This document shows, piece after piece, positions 9,551 to 18,636 of a stretch of DNA of 57,422 nt. Made by a program: the position numbers and the translations under genes. The DNA is from Acidimicrobiia bacterium (GTDB lineage Bacteria; Actinomycetota; Acidimicrobiia; IMCC26256; PALSA-610): assembly GCA_038228615.1 (NCBI GenBank), contig JBBRPC010000001.1, positions 1-57,422 on the forward strand, written 5' to 3'. The notes under the pieces were generated by a model. It worked only from the letters and a program-made list of their open reading frames with translations, searched no databases and was not told where the DNA came from. Position 1 is the stretch's first letter. Every line of letters begins with the position of its first letter.

Positions 9551-12030
9551 AGCCCAACAACTCAACCGACTTCGGGATCGTCGTCGACATCCAGGCTCTG
9601 CAAAACCCGTTGCACCGCGAGCGCGGCATCGGGCGTTACATCATCGATCATGTCGACGCGCTCATCGATGCCGGTGCGCCACTCGAGGCCCTCGTACTCA
9701 ACCCAATGGCACCTGTTCCGCACGTTCCGGAACACTGGATAGATCGTCGGCTGATGCAATGGAACACACCAGCTGTTATGCGGTCCGCGCTCCAGCGATG
9801 GCCCAACGTCGTGTATCACATTGCGTCGCCGTTCGAACCGACAGTCCCGGAGTCGGGGCTCGTGACGCCGCACGGAGTCCGCGATGCAACCGTCCTGTCG
9901 GTGACGGTATTCGACGTCATTCCGTATGTATTCCCAGCCGTGCATCAACCCACAGAAACATTGCGATCGTTCTTTCGGCGTCGGGCCCGGCTTATCAGTA
10001 CGGCCGACTTGGTACTCACAATTTCAGAACATACGCGCACCGATTCCATAAACACATTTGCGCTCGATCCGAACAAGGTGGTGAACACGAGCACGGGCGG
10101 CGCTGCATTCTTCGCGCCATCCGACCGTCGTCCGAAAACTGACGAGCGTTCGTACGTACTGACAGTGTCAGGGTGGGGCGACCCACGTAAGGATCCGTCT
10201 ACGACGTTTCGCGCGTATGCATCCTTGCCAGCGAAGATCCGAGAACAACATCGCCTTGTGGTCGTGTGCAACCTTCCGCCAGAGGGCAACGATGCATGGC
10301 GCCACGAAACTCGTGAACTCGGCTTGCGCGATGAGGAGGTGCACTTCACGGGGCACATCGATGATGAGGAACTACGTTCGCTGTACACCCACGCCGAGAT
10401 CTACGTCACGTCGTCGCGCTACGAAGGTTTCGGCCTACCTGTGTTGGAAGCAGCTAGATGCGGCACGCCGTCGCTCACGACCTCGGTGTCATCGCTGCCT
10501 GAGGTTCTCGCCTATCCGCCAGCAACGTTCCCACCGGGCGACCACATTTCCCTCGCGCGTTTGCTACAGCAGGCATTGACAGATGCTCAGTTTCGAGCTG
10601 CCCTGCTGGAGGCGAGTCAACGCGCCGCGGCGACCTACACCTGGGATCGCGTCGCCGCGACAACGGTCGCCGCATGGACTGGCGCGGTCGCAACGCATCA
10701 ACGAAGACAGCTGGCGGCCGGAAACGCATCGGCCGGCCGTTCCGCTGTGGCCGGTATGCGTCACCGCACATTGCCTCACTCGCTACGCATCGCGATCGCA
10801 GGCCCGTTTCCACCATCGAAATCTGGCATCGGGACATTCAATGCTCGCGTCGGAGTTGCACTCGCACGCGACCACGACATCGACTGGTTCACAGAAGGCG
10901 ACGACTGCATGCCCCCGCCGTCGTACAAACGTGATCACGGGCAGTATCCGATTGCTGCGCTCGGTCGAACGCTGCACCCTGGCTCCTACGACGGCGTCAT
11001 CTACACGATTGGCAACGGGCACTACCACCCCCAAACGTTGCGCGCCGCGCTGCGAACGCCGGGAATCGTGTGGCTCCATGATGCGCACCTCGCTGGCTTG
11101 TATCTCACCGCGAATGGATTGTTTCTCCCAGATCGCGATGCCAGCCCATCTGTCATCGCCGACGCGCGATCGACAATGGCTGCCACCGTCGCAGAGATGT
11201 ACGGCCCAGGTAACGAACTCGGCGACGACGAATGGTGGCGCACCGACGCGTACGACCGACGCGGTCTGACGATGCTGTCGGGGTTGCTGCACACAGCCCG
11301 CGCGCTCATCGTCAACACCGAGGCTGCTGGCGACATTGCTCGCAGCGAAGCACCGATGTCGCTGCCAATCCACATACTGCCATTGCCATATCCGACCTCG
11401 ACACCTCGCGACGAAGCGCCCGATCGCGACAGTGATCGGCTCGTCGTGAGCCTGGGTTGGGTCGACCCTATGAAACGACCGCACGACCTCATACGGGCCG
11501 TTGCGCACAGCCGCAACACGATTGGACAACGGATACGCGTGGCGTTTGTCGGGGAACTCGCGCCGAACCTGCACGCCGAGCTGGTCGCGTTGGCGCAATC
11601 GTTGCACCTCGAAGACAGCGTGGTCTTCACTGGCTTCATCCCCGACGAGGAGTACAACGGTTGGCTCGCAAACGCCGACATTGCGGTGCAGCTCAGGACC
11701 GAGACCCGAGGCGAGGCTTCGGCGGCGCTCGGCGACGCGATCGCGCACGGAATTCCGACGATCACGACAATTACGACGGCCGAAGAACTTCCGGCGGGTG
11801 TCGTCGAATTCCTCGATCCAGCGAGCGACGCCAGGGCAATTTCAGACAAGATCACGGAATTGTTGACTCACCCCGAGACGCGGTCACAACTTCGCGACAG
11901 AGCACTCTCGCATGCAGCAACGTGGCATTTCGATGATCTCGCGGCTCGAGTCGTCGAAATCGTCCGCGAGACGTCGCAGCGCACCGCGGAACGGCTAACG
12001 CTGCCAATCGGCCAACAGCAGCCACGATGA
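9547..12030 (+). CDS. Bifunctional-type glycosyltransferase with two GT4 modules (827 aa)
   Basis: Module 1: IVVDIQAL...RGIGRYI and SRYEGFGLPVLEAARCGTPSL. Module 2: RIAIAGPFPPSKSGIGTF and ETRGEASAALGDAIAHGIPTI. Confidence 0.88.
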   Translation: MKPNNSTDFGIVVDIQALQNPLHRERGIGRYIIDHVDALIDAGAPLEALVLNPMAPVPHVPEHWIDRRLMQWNTPAVMRSALQRWPNVVYHIASPFEPTVPESGLVTPHGVRDATVLSVTVFDVIPYVFPAVHQPTETLRSFFRRRARLISTADLVLTISEHTRTDSINTFALDPNKVVNTSTGGAAFFAPSDRRPKTDERSYVLTVSGWGDPRKDPSTTFRAYASLPAKIREQHRLVVVCNLPPEGNDAWRHETRELGLRDEEVHFTGHIDDEELRSLYTHAEIYVTSSRYEGFGLPVLEAARCGTPSLTTSVSSLPEVLAYPPATFPPGDHISLARLLQQALTDAQFRAALLEASQRAAATYTWDRVAATTVAAWTGAVATHQRRQLAAGNASAGRSAVAGMRHRTLPHSLRIAIAGPFPPSKSGIGTFNARVGVALARDHDIDWFTEGDDCMPPPSYKRDHGQYPIAALGRTLHPGSYDGVIYTIGNGHYHPQTLRAALRTPGIVWLHDAHLAGLYLTANGLFLPDRDASPSVIADARSTMAATVAEMYGPGNELGDDEWWRTDAYDRRGLTMLSGLLHTARALIVNTEAAGDIARSEAPMSLPIHILPLPYPTSTPRDEAPDRDSDRLVVSLGWVDPMKRPHDLIRAVAHSRNTIGQRIRVAFVGELAPNLHAELVALAQSLHLEDSVVFTGFIPDEEYNGWLANADIAVQLRTETRGEASAALGDAIAHGIPTITTITTAEELPAGVVEFLDPASDARAISDKITELLTHPETRSQLRDRALSHAATWHFDDLAARVVEIVRETSQRTAERLTLPIGQQQPR

Positions 12031-13112
12031 CCGATAGCGTCGAACGTGTGCAAGATTCGGCGAGCAACATCGGACTCTGGGGACTGTTCGATGTCGACAA
12101 CTTCGACACGCAGGTTCGGCTGCGCGTCGCTCGACAGGAGTTGCACACGAGGTTGCCCCAAGCGAATCTCCGAGCGTTTGCCCCATTCGGGTCGCGACGC
12201 CCAATTCCTGTCGCTGCAACTGAATCCGTCGAGCCTCTCACACCTGTCACGCCGCAACGCATGTCTGCACTCCGAGCCGAGCTTGACCTCATCGTTCGAA
12301 TCGGCGCCATCGAGCTGCCACTCGCCTACACCGACCATCCAGTACCCGATCCGCGCGATGTCGCTGCCGCGTTGGCACTCCTCGCGAATCCTCCCGATGG
12401 TGTTCCGTGCCTCGACGATCCGCGATCCGAGCACCCAGCGGTGCTCGCGAACCGAGTCTGGAGTTTTGCTATCTGTTGCCAACGGCGCAGTTTTCTCCGT
12501 GCGATGCAATGGTGGCCGCAAGACGGCACCGCCGTCGTATGTGACGCACAGACAACGTCACAAGACGCGATGCAACGGCTCGTACGCCACGCCACGACAG
12601 ATCAATCGTTGGTCGTGATCAATGCCGCCGAACAGTACGACAACCCCCGAGTGCTCGCGATGGATCGTCGGCGAGCCAGTCTCGACGACGTGATCGCGGC
12701 AGTCGCGGGTGCCAGTATTGTCGTCACGACGAACGAGGCGATTGCCGCGACCGCGAATGCGTACGGCGTTCGGCATCACTTTACAGACGACTTCGACGTC
12801 GCAGCGGCTCACGACCCAGCGCAACTCACGCGATTGCAGTCGCTCGTTGACGCGACATTCGACGACATCGCGCGGTCGGTGTCGAGTTCCCCGCGCGCTG
12901 CCCTCATTGATGATGAAATCGCGGCATTGCAGGCATCGCTCCGTGGCCACCAGCAACGGCTTGCGCACGAGCGGGTTGTGTTCGCCGATTACGTCCGGGC
13001 GGTGCGCAACAATGCAACACACGAAGTCAAACAAGCCCACGAGTCGCGAACACTTCTCGACAAGATCGTCGCACGCCTTCGTCTCGCGTCGCGATCATCT
13101 CGGTCAACATGA
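12027..13112 (+). CDS. Hypothetical protein: N-terminus resembles polysaccharide pyruvyl-transferase-family proteins, C-terminal coiled coil
   Basis: ATGA overlaps on both sides. N-terminal IGLWGLFDVDNFDTQVRLRVARQELHTRLP resembles the G-x-FD-x-x-N-Y-G-D start of that family, but reads F-D-T where Y-G-D is expected. C-terminal ~70 aa are helical and charged. Function not assignable. Confidence 0.65.
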   Translation: MTDSVERVQDSASNIGLWGLFDVDNFDTQVRLRVARQELHTRLPQANLRAFAPFGSRRPIPVAATESVEPLTPVTPQRMSALRAELDLIVRIGAIELPLAYTDHPVPDPRDVAAALALLANPPDGVPCLDDPRSEHPAVLANRVWSFAICCQRRSFLRAMQWWPQDGTAVVCDAQTTSQDAMQRLVRHATTDQSLVVINAAEQYDNPRVLAMDRRRASLDDVIAAVAGASIVVTTNEAIAATANAYGVRHHFTDDFDVAAAHDPAQLTRLQSLVDATFDDIARSVSSSPRAALIDDEIAALQASLRGHQQRLAHERVVFADYVRAVRNNATHEVKQAHESRTLLDKIVARLRLASRSSRST

Positions 13113-14317
13113 GCGATCCCAGTTCTCCGGCCGCGACACCGAAGATCAGCATCTGTATCGTCACGTTCGGAGCCCTGGAATGGGTACAACGAGCGATCGC
13201 TGCGGTGCGCGACCACACGAGCGTGGACTACGAACTCATCGTCGTCGACAACGGTTCGCCTGATGGGACTCGCGCTTGGCTGCGCGAACATCTTTCGCCT
13301 GACGAATACATCGAAAGTCCATGCAACACCGGATTCGCCGGTGGCAACAACCTCGCCGTCAACCAGGCGCGGGCGCCATTTCTTTGTCTCTTGAACAGCG
13401 ATGCCATCGTTCCAGTCGGCTGGGCAGAGCCGTTACTGGAGGCGTTGGAACGCAATCCGGATCTCGGCATTGCCGTCCCCATGTTGACGAACGCCGACGG
13501 ATCGGTCCAAGAGGTTGGATGCAACGTCGACGCCGACGGATACACCTGGCCACTCTTTCTCGGTGCGTCGCCGTTTGCATCAGTACTGCAATCACCGCGA
13601 ACGGTCACGTACGGATCCGCAGCATGTTGGGTCCTGCGTACGACTACGTACCGCAGACTCGGGGGTCTCGACTGCGGTTTCGGTCGTGCCTACTACGAAG
13701 ACGTCGATTTCGCGTTCACCGTGCAGGAACATGGCATGGAAATCCAATGCATACCTGGCGTGCGGGTCATGCACGCACAGGGGGCTTCCAGCTCGGATCG
13801 GGTCGCGGCGGAGCAACTTCGCGAAGCACAACGACACCGGTTTGTAGGGCGCCATGCGACGGAACTAGCGCACCATTCCCACGTCTTCGACTTGGAGCGT
13901 GAACCGCACCGGTATTTCGCGACACGCGACGCGAACCGTGCTTGGCGGACCCTCGAAGTTTTCGACGCCGCAGCAGATCTCCACGCGCGCGTCGAAGCAA
14001 TCGAAACAGAAATACCGCGGCCCGACCATCAGTGGACATTGATCTGCACGCCTGATGATGACCATCGAGTTTCAACCGAGCCCCGTGGATCTGCGCACGT
14101 GGAGATCCTGCACCACACCGATACCGTTGTTGTGCTCCAAGACCGCCTCTTTCATTTCAGCGAGATCGTTGCACCGCGGGCATGGCTCACGACGCACCAC
14201 GACACAATCACTGCAAATCAGCCACAAGCGAGGATCGAGGAGATGCCAAGCGACGGGTCTCATGGCGGACTCGCTTCTGACACCGTCGATGGTCGTCGCC
14301 CTTTGGCGCAGCAGTGA
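13109..14317 (+). CDS. Glycosyltransferase family 2 with a ~150-aa C-terminal extension
   Basis: ISICIVTFG...DYELIVVDNGSPDGT and NTGFAGGNN are GT-A/GT2 hallmarks, with a YYEDVDF acidic motif. ATGA overlap upstream and GTGA overlap downstream. Confidence 0.88.
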   Translation: MSDPSSPAATPKISICIVTFGALEWVQRAIAAVRDHTSVDYELIVVDNGSPDGTRAWLREHLSPDEYIESPCNTGFAGGNNLAVNQARAPFLCLLNSDAIVPVGWAEPLLEALERNPDLGIAVPMLTNADGSVQEVGCNVDADGYTWPLFLGASPFASVLQSPRTVTYGSAACWVLRTTTYRRLGGLDCGFGRAYYEDVDFAFTVQEHGMEIQCIPGVRVMHAQGASSSDRVAAEQLREAQRHRFVGRHATELAHHSHVFDLEREPHRYFATRDANRAWRTLEVFDAAADLHARVEAIETEIPRPDHQWTLICTPDDDHRVSTEPRGSAHVEILHHTDTVVVLQDRLFHFSEIVAPRAWLTTHHDTITANQPQARIEEMPSDGSHGGLASDTVDGRRPLAQQ

Positions 14318-15468
14318 CGAGTAATTTCGGCGGCGTGCAGACCCACCGCAGTGTCGCGATCGATGTCACTCCGCTCGCGGCCTTCCGTACGGGCATTGCT
14401 CGATCGATTGCCGAACTGCTCACTGGGTTGGCGCTCCTGGATAACGGGCCACGGATCGTCCCCTATGCCGTCAGCACCCGCGCTCGACGAGAACGCGATC
14501 AGCTGCCCGATGGCACGCGCACCGTTCCGGGTGCGTCGAGCCTGATCAAGTTGTGGTCGAGATCCGACCGTCCGCGAATCGATCACATCTTCGGCGACGC
14601 GTCGGTCGTGCATGCCACCAACTTCCTTGTCCCTCCGAGTCGACTGCCGACTGTCGCGACGCTCCACGACTGTTCTATCGTCCGACACCGGTCACTGTGT
14701 TCAACCCAAGTTCGAGCACTTGAACCAGTAATACGCAGAGCAATCAATAGGGGCGCGCACCTCCACGTGCCCTCGCAGTTCGTGGCCGACGAGACCGAAG
14801 AACTCTTTGGGCCGGACTTGCGCGCGGCAGGCCGCATTCATGTGGTGCACTGGGGCGTACCGACGATCCCAACAACGATGATGGTTCCGGCGGAACTCGC
14901 GCGATTTGGAGCGATCGCGAATGGTGTCCCATACATCGTCGCCGTGGGCACACTGGAACCACGCAAGAACATTGCGCATCTCGTCGCGGCGTTTGGCCCC
15001 CTCGCAGCCACCGACCCGGATTTGCACCTCGTGGTCGTCGGTGCCGACGGTCCAGCGCGCCCGGAAATCGACGCGGCACGGGCGCGCCTCGCACCGAAAT
15101 TGGCCGAGCGCGTCGTACTCACCGGTTCGGTGGCCGAGCCCGCGAAGGGTTGGTTGATCCGCAATGCTCGCGCGCTGGCCTATCCAAGCGTCTACGAAGG
15201 ATTCGGTTTCCCGATGTTGGAGGCGATGAGCGTCGGCGTTCCGGTCGTGGCAGCACGCGCCGGATCCATCCCGGAGATTGCGGGAGGCGCCGCAACCCTC
15301 GTGGAGCCAACCGACGAAGCAGCGATGAGCGCCGCGCTGACGTCGCTGCTCAACGACGAGGTTGCTCGCGGCGAACACGTCCAACGCGGGCTCGCTCGCG
15401 CGAACCAGTTCTCGTGGTCTGCGTGCGCCGCAGGCGTGAACGCAATCTACGAACTACTGAGCACATGA
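14314..15468 (+). CDS. Glycosyltransferase, GT4 family
   Basis: VAIDVTPL...RTGIARSI N-terminus. YPSVYEGFGFPMLEAMSVGVPVV EX7E region. Confidence 0.9.
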   Translation: MTSNFGGVQTHRSVAIDVTPLAAFRTGIARSIAELLTGLALLDNGPRIVPYAVSTRARRERDQLPDGTRTVPGASSLIKLWSRSDRPRIDHIFGDASVVHATNFLVPPSRLPTVATLHDCSIVRHRSLCSTQVRALEPVIRRAINRGAHLHVPSQFVADETEELFGPDLRAAGRIHVVHWGVPTIPTTMMVPAELARFGAIANGVPYIVAVGTLEPRKNIAHLVAAFGPLAATDPDLHLVVVGADGPARPEIDAARARLAPKLAERVVLTGSVAEPAKGWLIRNARALAYPSVYEGFGFPMLEAMSVGVPVVAARAGSIPEIAGGAATLVEPTDEAAMSAALTSLLNDEVARGEHVQRGLARANQFSWSACAAGVNAIYELLST

Positions 15469-16559
15469 AAGTCGCGCTCCACGTCGGACAGCTCCTGCAG
15501 CCGGTCCCCGGCGGAATTGCGCGCTACGCCCGCGCGCTTGTCAGAGAACTTCCGCGCCACGACATCGACGTGGAAGCCTTCGCCGCTGGCGTAGAACCAA
15601 AAGGCATCACCTCGCACTACACAAATCTCGGCTGGCCCAATGGGTCGATGCGCTACGAGTCGTGGCATCGATTTCGCCGCCCGTTCGTTCGCGTGCCTGG
15701 CGACTTAGTACACGCGCCAAGCCTGGCCATTCCTCCGGTCACCGGACGGCCACTCGTTGTCACAGCTCACGACGTCGCGTTTCACCGCTTCCCAACTACC
15801 ACGACACGGCGAGGGCGAGCTTTTCACGAACGTGGTCTCGAACTCGCGCGTAGGCATGCGGCGCTCGTACTCGCACCTTCGGAATTCACGCGAAATGAGC
15901 TGTATTCGTTGGGTTTCAAAGCCGAACAGGTCGAGATCGCCTACCTCGGTGCAGATCCTCCCGAACCAATGTCAGAAGAACAAATCGAATCTCGACTCGC
16001 GGCGATACAGCAGCGACATCCGTTCTTGTTAACTGTCGGTACCGTTGAACCGCGGAAACGCTTACAACACCTTGTGACGGCGCACCAACAACTTCGTCGG
16101 AGTCACGCCGACCTCGAGCTGTTGATTGTCGGCCCTCAAGGTTGGGGCGATGTCGGAAGCCTCGACGCTCCAGGCGTCCGCCGGCTCGGAGCATTGCGTT
16201 GGACCGTCATCGAAGCCTTGTATCGCCGGGCAGTCGCCTGCGCGATTCCATCCGTATATGAAGGGTTTGGGCTGCCAGCGGTCGAGGCCATGAGTCGCGC
16301 GTGCCCGGTTGTTGTGGCAAAGGGCAGCGCGCTCGAAGAGGTAGTCGGCGACGGTGGGATCCTCGTCGCACCCGATGATCCCGACGCGCTCGGCGATGCA
16401 CTCGACCGACTCATTTCGGATACGGCCACTCGAGACGCGATCACGGTCTCAGGTGTCGCGCGAGCAGCCACATTTACTTGGAGCGCGAGTGTGGCCCGCC
16501 ATGCCGTGCTGTATCAACAAGTCGTCGAGCAGGCGAACGGATTCCGAACGCAGCACTAG
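15465..16559 (+). CDS. Glycosyltransferase, GT4 family
   Basis: Start set at ATG 15465 (MKVALHVGQL..PGGIARY), an ATGA overlap with the previous stop. The longer ORF 15150.. is a frame-2 read-through of the upstream gene. IPSVYEGFGLPAVEAMSRACPVV. Confidence 0.88.
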   Translation: MKVALHVGQLLQPVPGGIARYARALVRELPRHDIDVEAFAAGVEPKGITSHYTNLGWPNGSMRYESWHRFRRPFVRVPGDLVHAPSLAIPPVTGRPLVVTAHDVAFHRFPTTTTRRGRAFHERGLELARRHAALVLAPSEFTRNELYSLGFKAEQVEIAYLGADPPEPMSEEQIESRLAAIQQRHPFLLTVGTVEPRKRLQHLVTAHQQLRRSHADLELLIVGPQGWGDVGSLDAPGVRRLGALRWTVIEALYRRAVACAIPSVYEGFGLPAVEAMSRACPVVVAKGSALEEVVGDGGILVAPDDPDALGDALDRLISDTATRDAITVSGVARAATFTWSASVARHAVLYQQVVEQANGFRTQH

Positions 16560-16568
16560 CGTGCCGCC

Positions 16569-17723
16569 GTGCGCGTCTTGCTCGATGTCTCGGCGGTTCC
16601 GAAGCAACCGGTTGGAGCCGGGATATACACGATCGAACTCGCCCGAGGCCTCGCACGAACAGAAGCAGTCGATCTGCATTTACTGTGCCGTCGCAACGAC
16701 GCAACTCGGTGGGAACACATTGCTCCCGGGGCCACCGTCCATCCGATCGTCCCGCTTCCACGCCCCGCCAGACTGCTCTGGGAAGCGCAACGCGGATCTG
16801 CATTTGCCGATCGGCTCGGTTGCGACGTGTGGCACGGCCCTCACTACACGCTGCCGCGCCACTTGGCCTGCGCATCCGTCGTCACGGTGCACGATTTGAC
16901 CTTTTTCGATCAACCCGAAACGCACGAGCGCGTCAAGGTCGGTTTCTTTCGGCGTGCGATCAACACCAACAGCGAGCGCGCCACCCGAATTATTTGCGTT
17001 TCGCAACACACCCGAGACCGCCTTCACGCGCTCGTTCCCCACCACGCGCCGATCGATATTGCTCGCCACGGCATCGATCACAATCGGTTCCGGGTCGACG
17101 ATGCGCCAGCCAACGTTGCACACGACAGTGCGGCGCTGGCCCGACGCGGAATCACGGGAGATTTCATCGCGTTTGTGGGAACGATTCAACCTCGCAAGGC
17201 GCTCCCGATCTTGGTGGAGGCGTTTGGGATGCTTCGGAGCGACTTTCCAACCCTCCGACTCGTGATCGCCGGTGGCGACGGTTGGGGCAGCCGAGCGTTG
17301 CTCGACGCCATCCGTCGCAATCAGGTCGCCACTTCCGTCGTCCGTCCTGGCTATATCGACGATGCCACCGTCGCCGCGCTCTATCGACGCGCCGCAGTCG
17401 TGGCCTATCCATCCCTCGCGGAAGGTTTCGGCTTGCCCGCACTCGAAGCGCTGGCATGCGGTGCGCCGCTTGTGACGAGCAGCGGTACAGCGATGGATGA
17501 ATTCATCGACGACGGGGCGCTCACCGCCTCACCCGGTAGCGCCAGAGAACTCGAGGGGGCGCTTCGTGCCGCACTCGTTCCAGATACGGCGGCTCGGTTG
17601 AGGCGCAGAGGCCCACAAATTGCCGCTGCCTACACGTGGTCAGCTTGCGTCGATACCCACCTTTCGACGTACCGTGCTGCCGCACACTCTGGAGCACCAC
17701 CGAACGAACCCAGTTCGCAATGA
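16569..17723 (+). CDS. Glycosyltransferase, GT4 family
   Basis: MRVLLDVSAV...GAGIYT N-terminus. YPSLAEGFGLPALEALACGAPLV. Confidence 0.9.
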   Translation: MRVLLDVSAVPKQPVGAGIYTIELARGLARTEAVDLHLLCRRNDATRWEHIAPGATVHPIVPLPRPARLLWEAQRGSAFADRLGCDVWHGPHYTLPRHLACASVVTVHDLTFFDQPETHERVKVGFFRRAINTNSERATRIICVSQHTRDRLHALVPHHAPIDIARHGIDHNRFRVDDAPANVAHDSAALARRGITGDFIAFVGTIQPRKALPILVEAFGMLRSDFPTLRLVIAGGDGWGSRALLDAIRRNQVATSVVRPGYIDDATVAALYRRAAVVAYPSLAEGFGLPALEALACGAPLVTSSGTAMDEFIDDGALTASPGSARELEGALRAALVPDTAARLRRRGPQIAAAYTWSACVDTHLSTYRAAAHSGAPPNEPSSQ

Positions 17724-17739
17724 GATTCGGCGAGGCATA

Positions 17740-18636
17740 ATGCGGGCAATCATCACTGGCGGCGCTGGCTTTGTCGGCGGTCATCTCGCCGATCATCTTG
17801 AAGCACACGGCGACGAGGTCATCTCACTCGACCGAGTCAACGGTCTCGACATCCGCGACGCCGAAGATGTGCGTCACCAATTTGAAGCGGCGCGAGCCGA
17901 TGTGTTGTATCACCTTGCGGCCTTCACGCACGTAGGTAACTCATGGAATGCCGCGACTGAGGTACTACGAATCAACGTCGAGGGCACGATGAATGTGCTC
18001 GACGCATGCAGAGCTACGCACGTAAAACGCGTCGTAGTGATTGGGAGCTCAGAGGAGTACGGCAGGGTCGGTGCGCACGAAGTTCCAATCACAGAAACCA
18101 CCCCGTTGCGTCCAGCAACTCCCTATGGCGCAAGCAAGGCCGCTGCGGGTCTCCTCGCGCAACAGGCTTGGTACGGACACGGACTCGAAACTGTTCGCGT
18201 CCGTCCGTTCAATCACACCGGCGCTGGTCAATCACCCGATTTTGTCGCGCCTGCACTCGCACAGCGCATCATCCGTGCCCAACGCGACGACACTGGCTAC
18301 ATCGCCGTCGGCAACCTCGATCCCATTCGAGAACTCCTCGATGTCCGAGACGTCGTACGTGCCTATCGACTCCTCATGGAGCGCGGCGAACCCGGCGAGG
18401 TGTACAACGTTGCAACAGGCAAAGGTCACCGCATCGGCGCTCTGGCTGAAACCATGGTGTCATTCGCTGACCGGCCGCTCGAGTTACGGCCCGATCCCAC
18501 CTTGGTACGGCCCGTTGAAGTCGAACGCCTGGTGGGCGACGCGTCGAAACTCGCTGAACGGACAGGTTGGAGTCCGGAGTATTCATTGACCGAAACGCTT
18601 CGCACCGTGTTCAACCACGCGCTTCATACCTCCTGA
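17740..18636 (+). CDS. NAD-dependent epimerase/dehydratase, GDP-4-keto-6-deoxy-D-mannose reductase (Rmd)-like
   Basis: Start at ATG 17740 (MRAIITGGAGFVGGHL). YGASK catalytic motif. RPFNHTGAGQ, VGNLDPIRELLDVRDVVRAY and GEVYNVATG follow the layout of Rmd-type reductases. It lacks the GQDGSYL signature of Gmd. Confidence 0.8.
   Translation: MRAIITGGAGFVGGHLADHLEAHGDEVISLDRVNGLDIRDAEDVRHQFEAARADVLYHLAAFTHVGNSWNAATEVLRINVEGTMNVLDACRATHVKRVVVIGSSEEYGRVGAHEVPITETTPLRPATPYGASKAAAGLLAQQAWYGHGLETVRVRPFNHTGAGQSPDFVAPALAQRIIRAQRDDTGYIAVGNLDPIRELLDVRDVVRAYRLLMERGEPGEVYNVATGKGHRIGALAETMVSFADRPLELRPDPTLVRPVEVERLVGDASKLAERTGWSPEYSLTETLRTVFNHALHTS

Noticed and set aside
10783-11855. 321-aa and 277-aa minus-strand ORFs inside the double-GT4 gene
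   Set aside because: They are antisense to a gene with two clear GT4 modules. There are no motifs and the composition is Arg/Ser-rich.
14701-15384. 227-aa minus-strand ORF inside the GT4 gene 14314-15468
   Set aside because: A shadow frame. The plus strand carries the EX7E glycosyltransferase signature.
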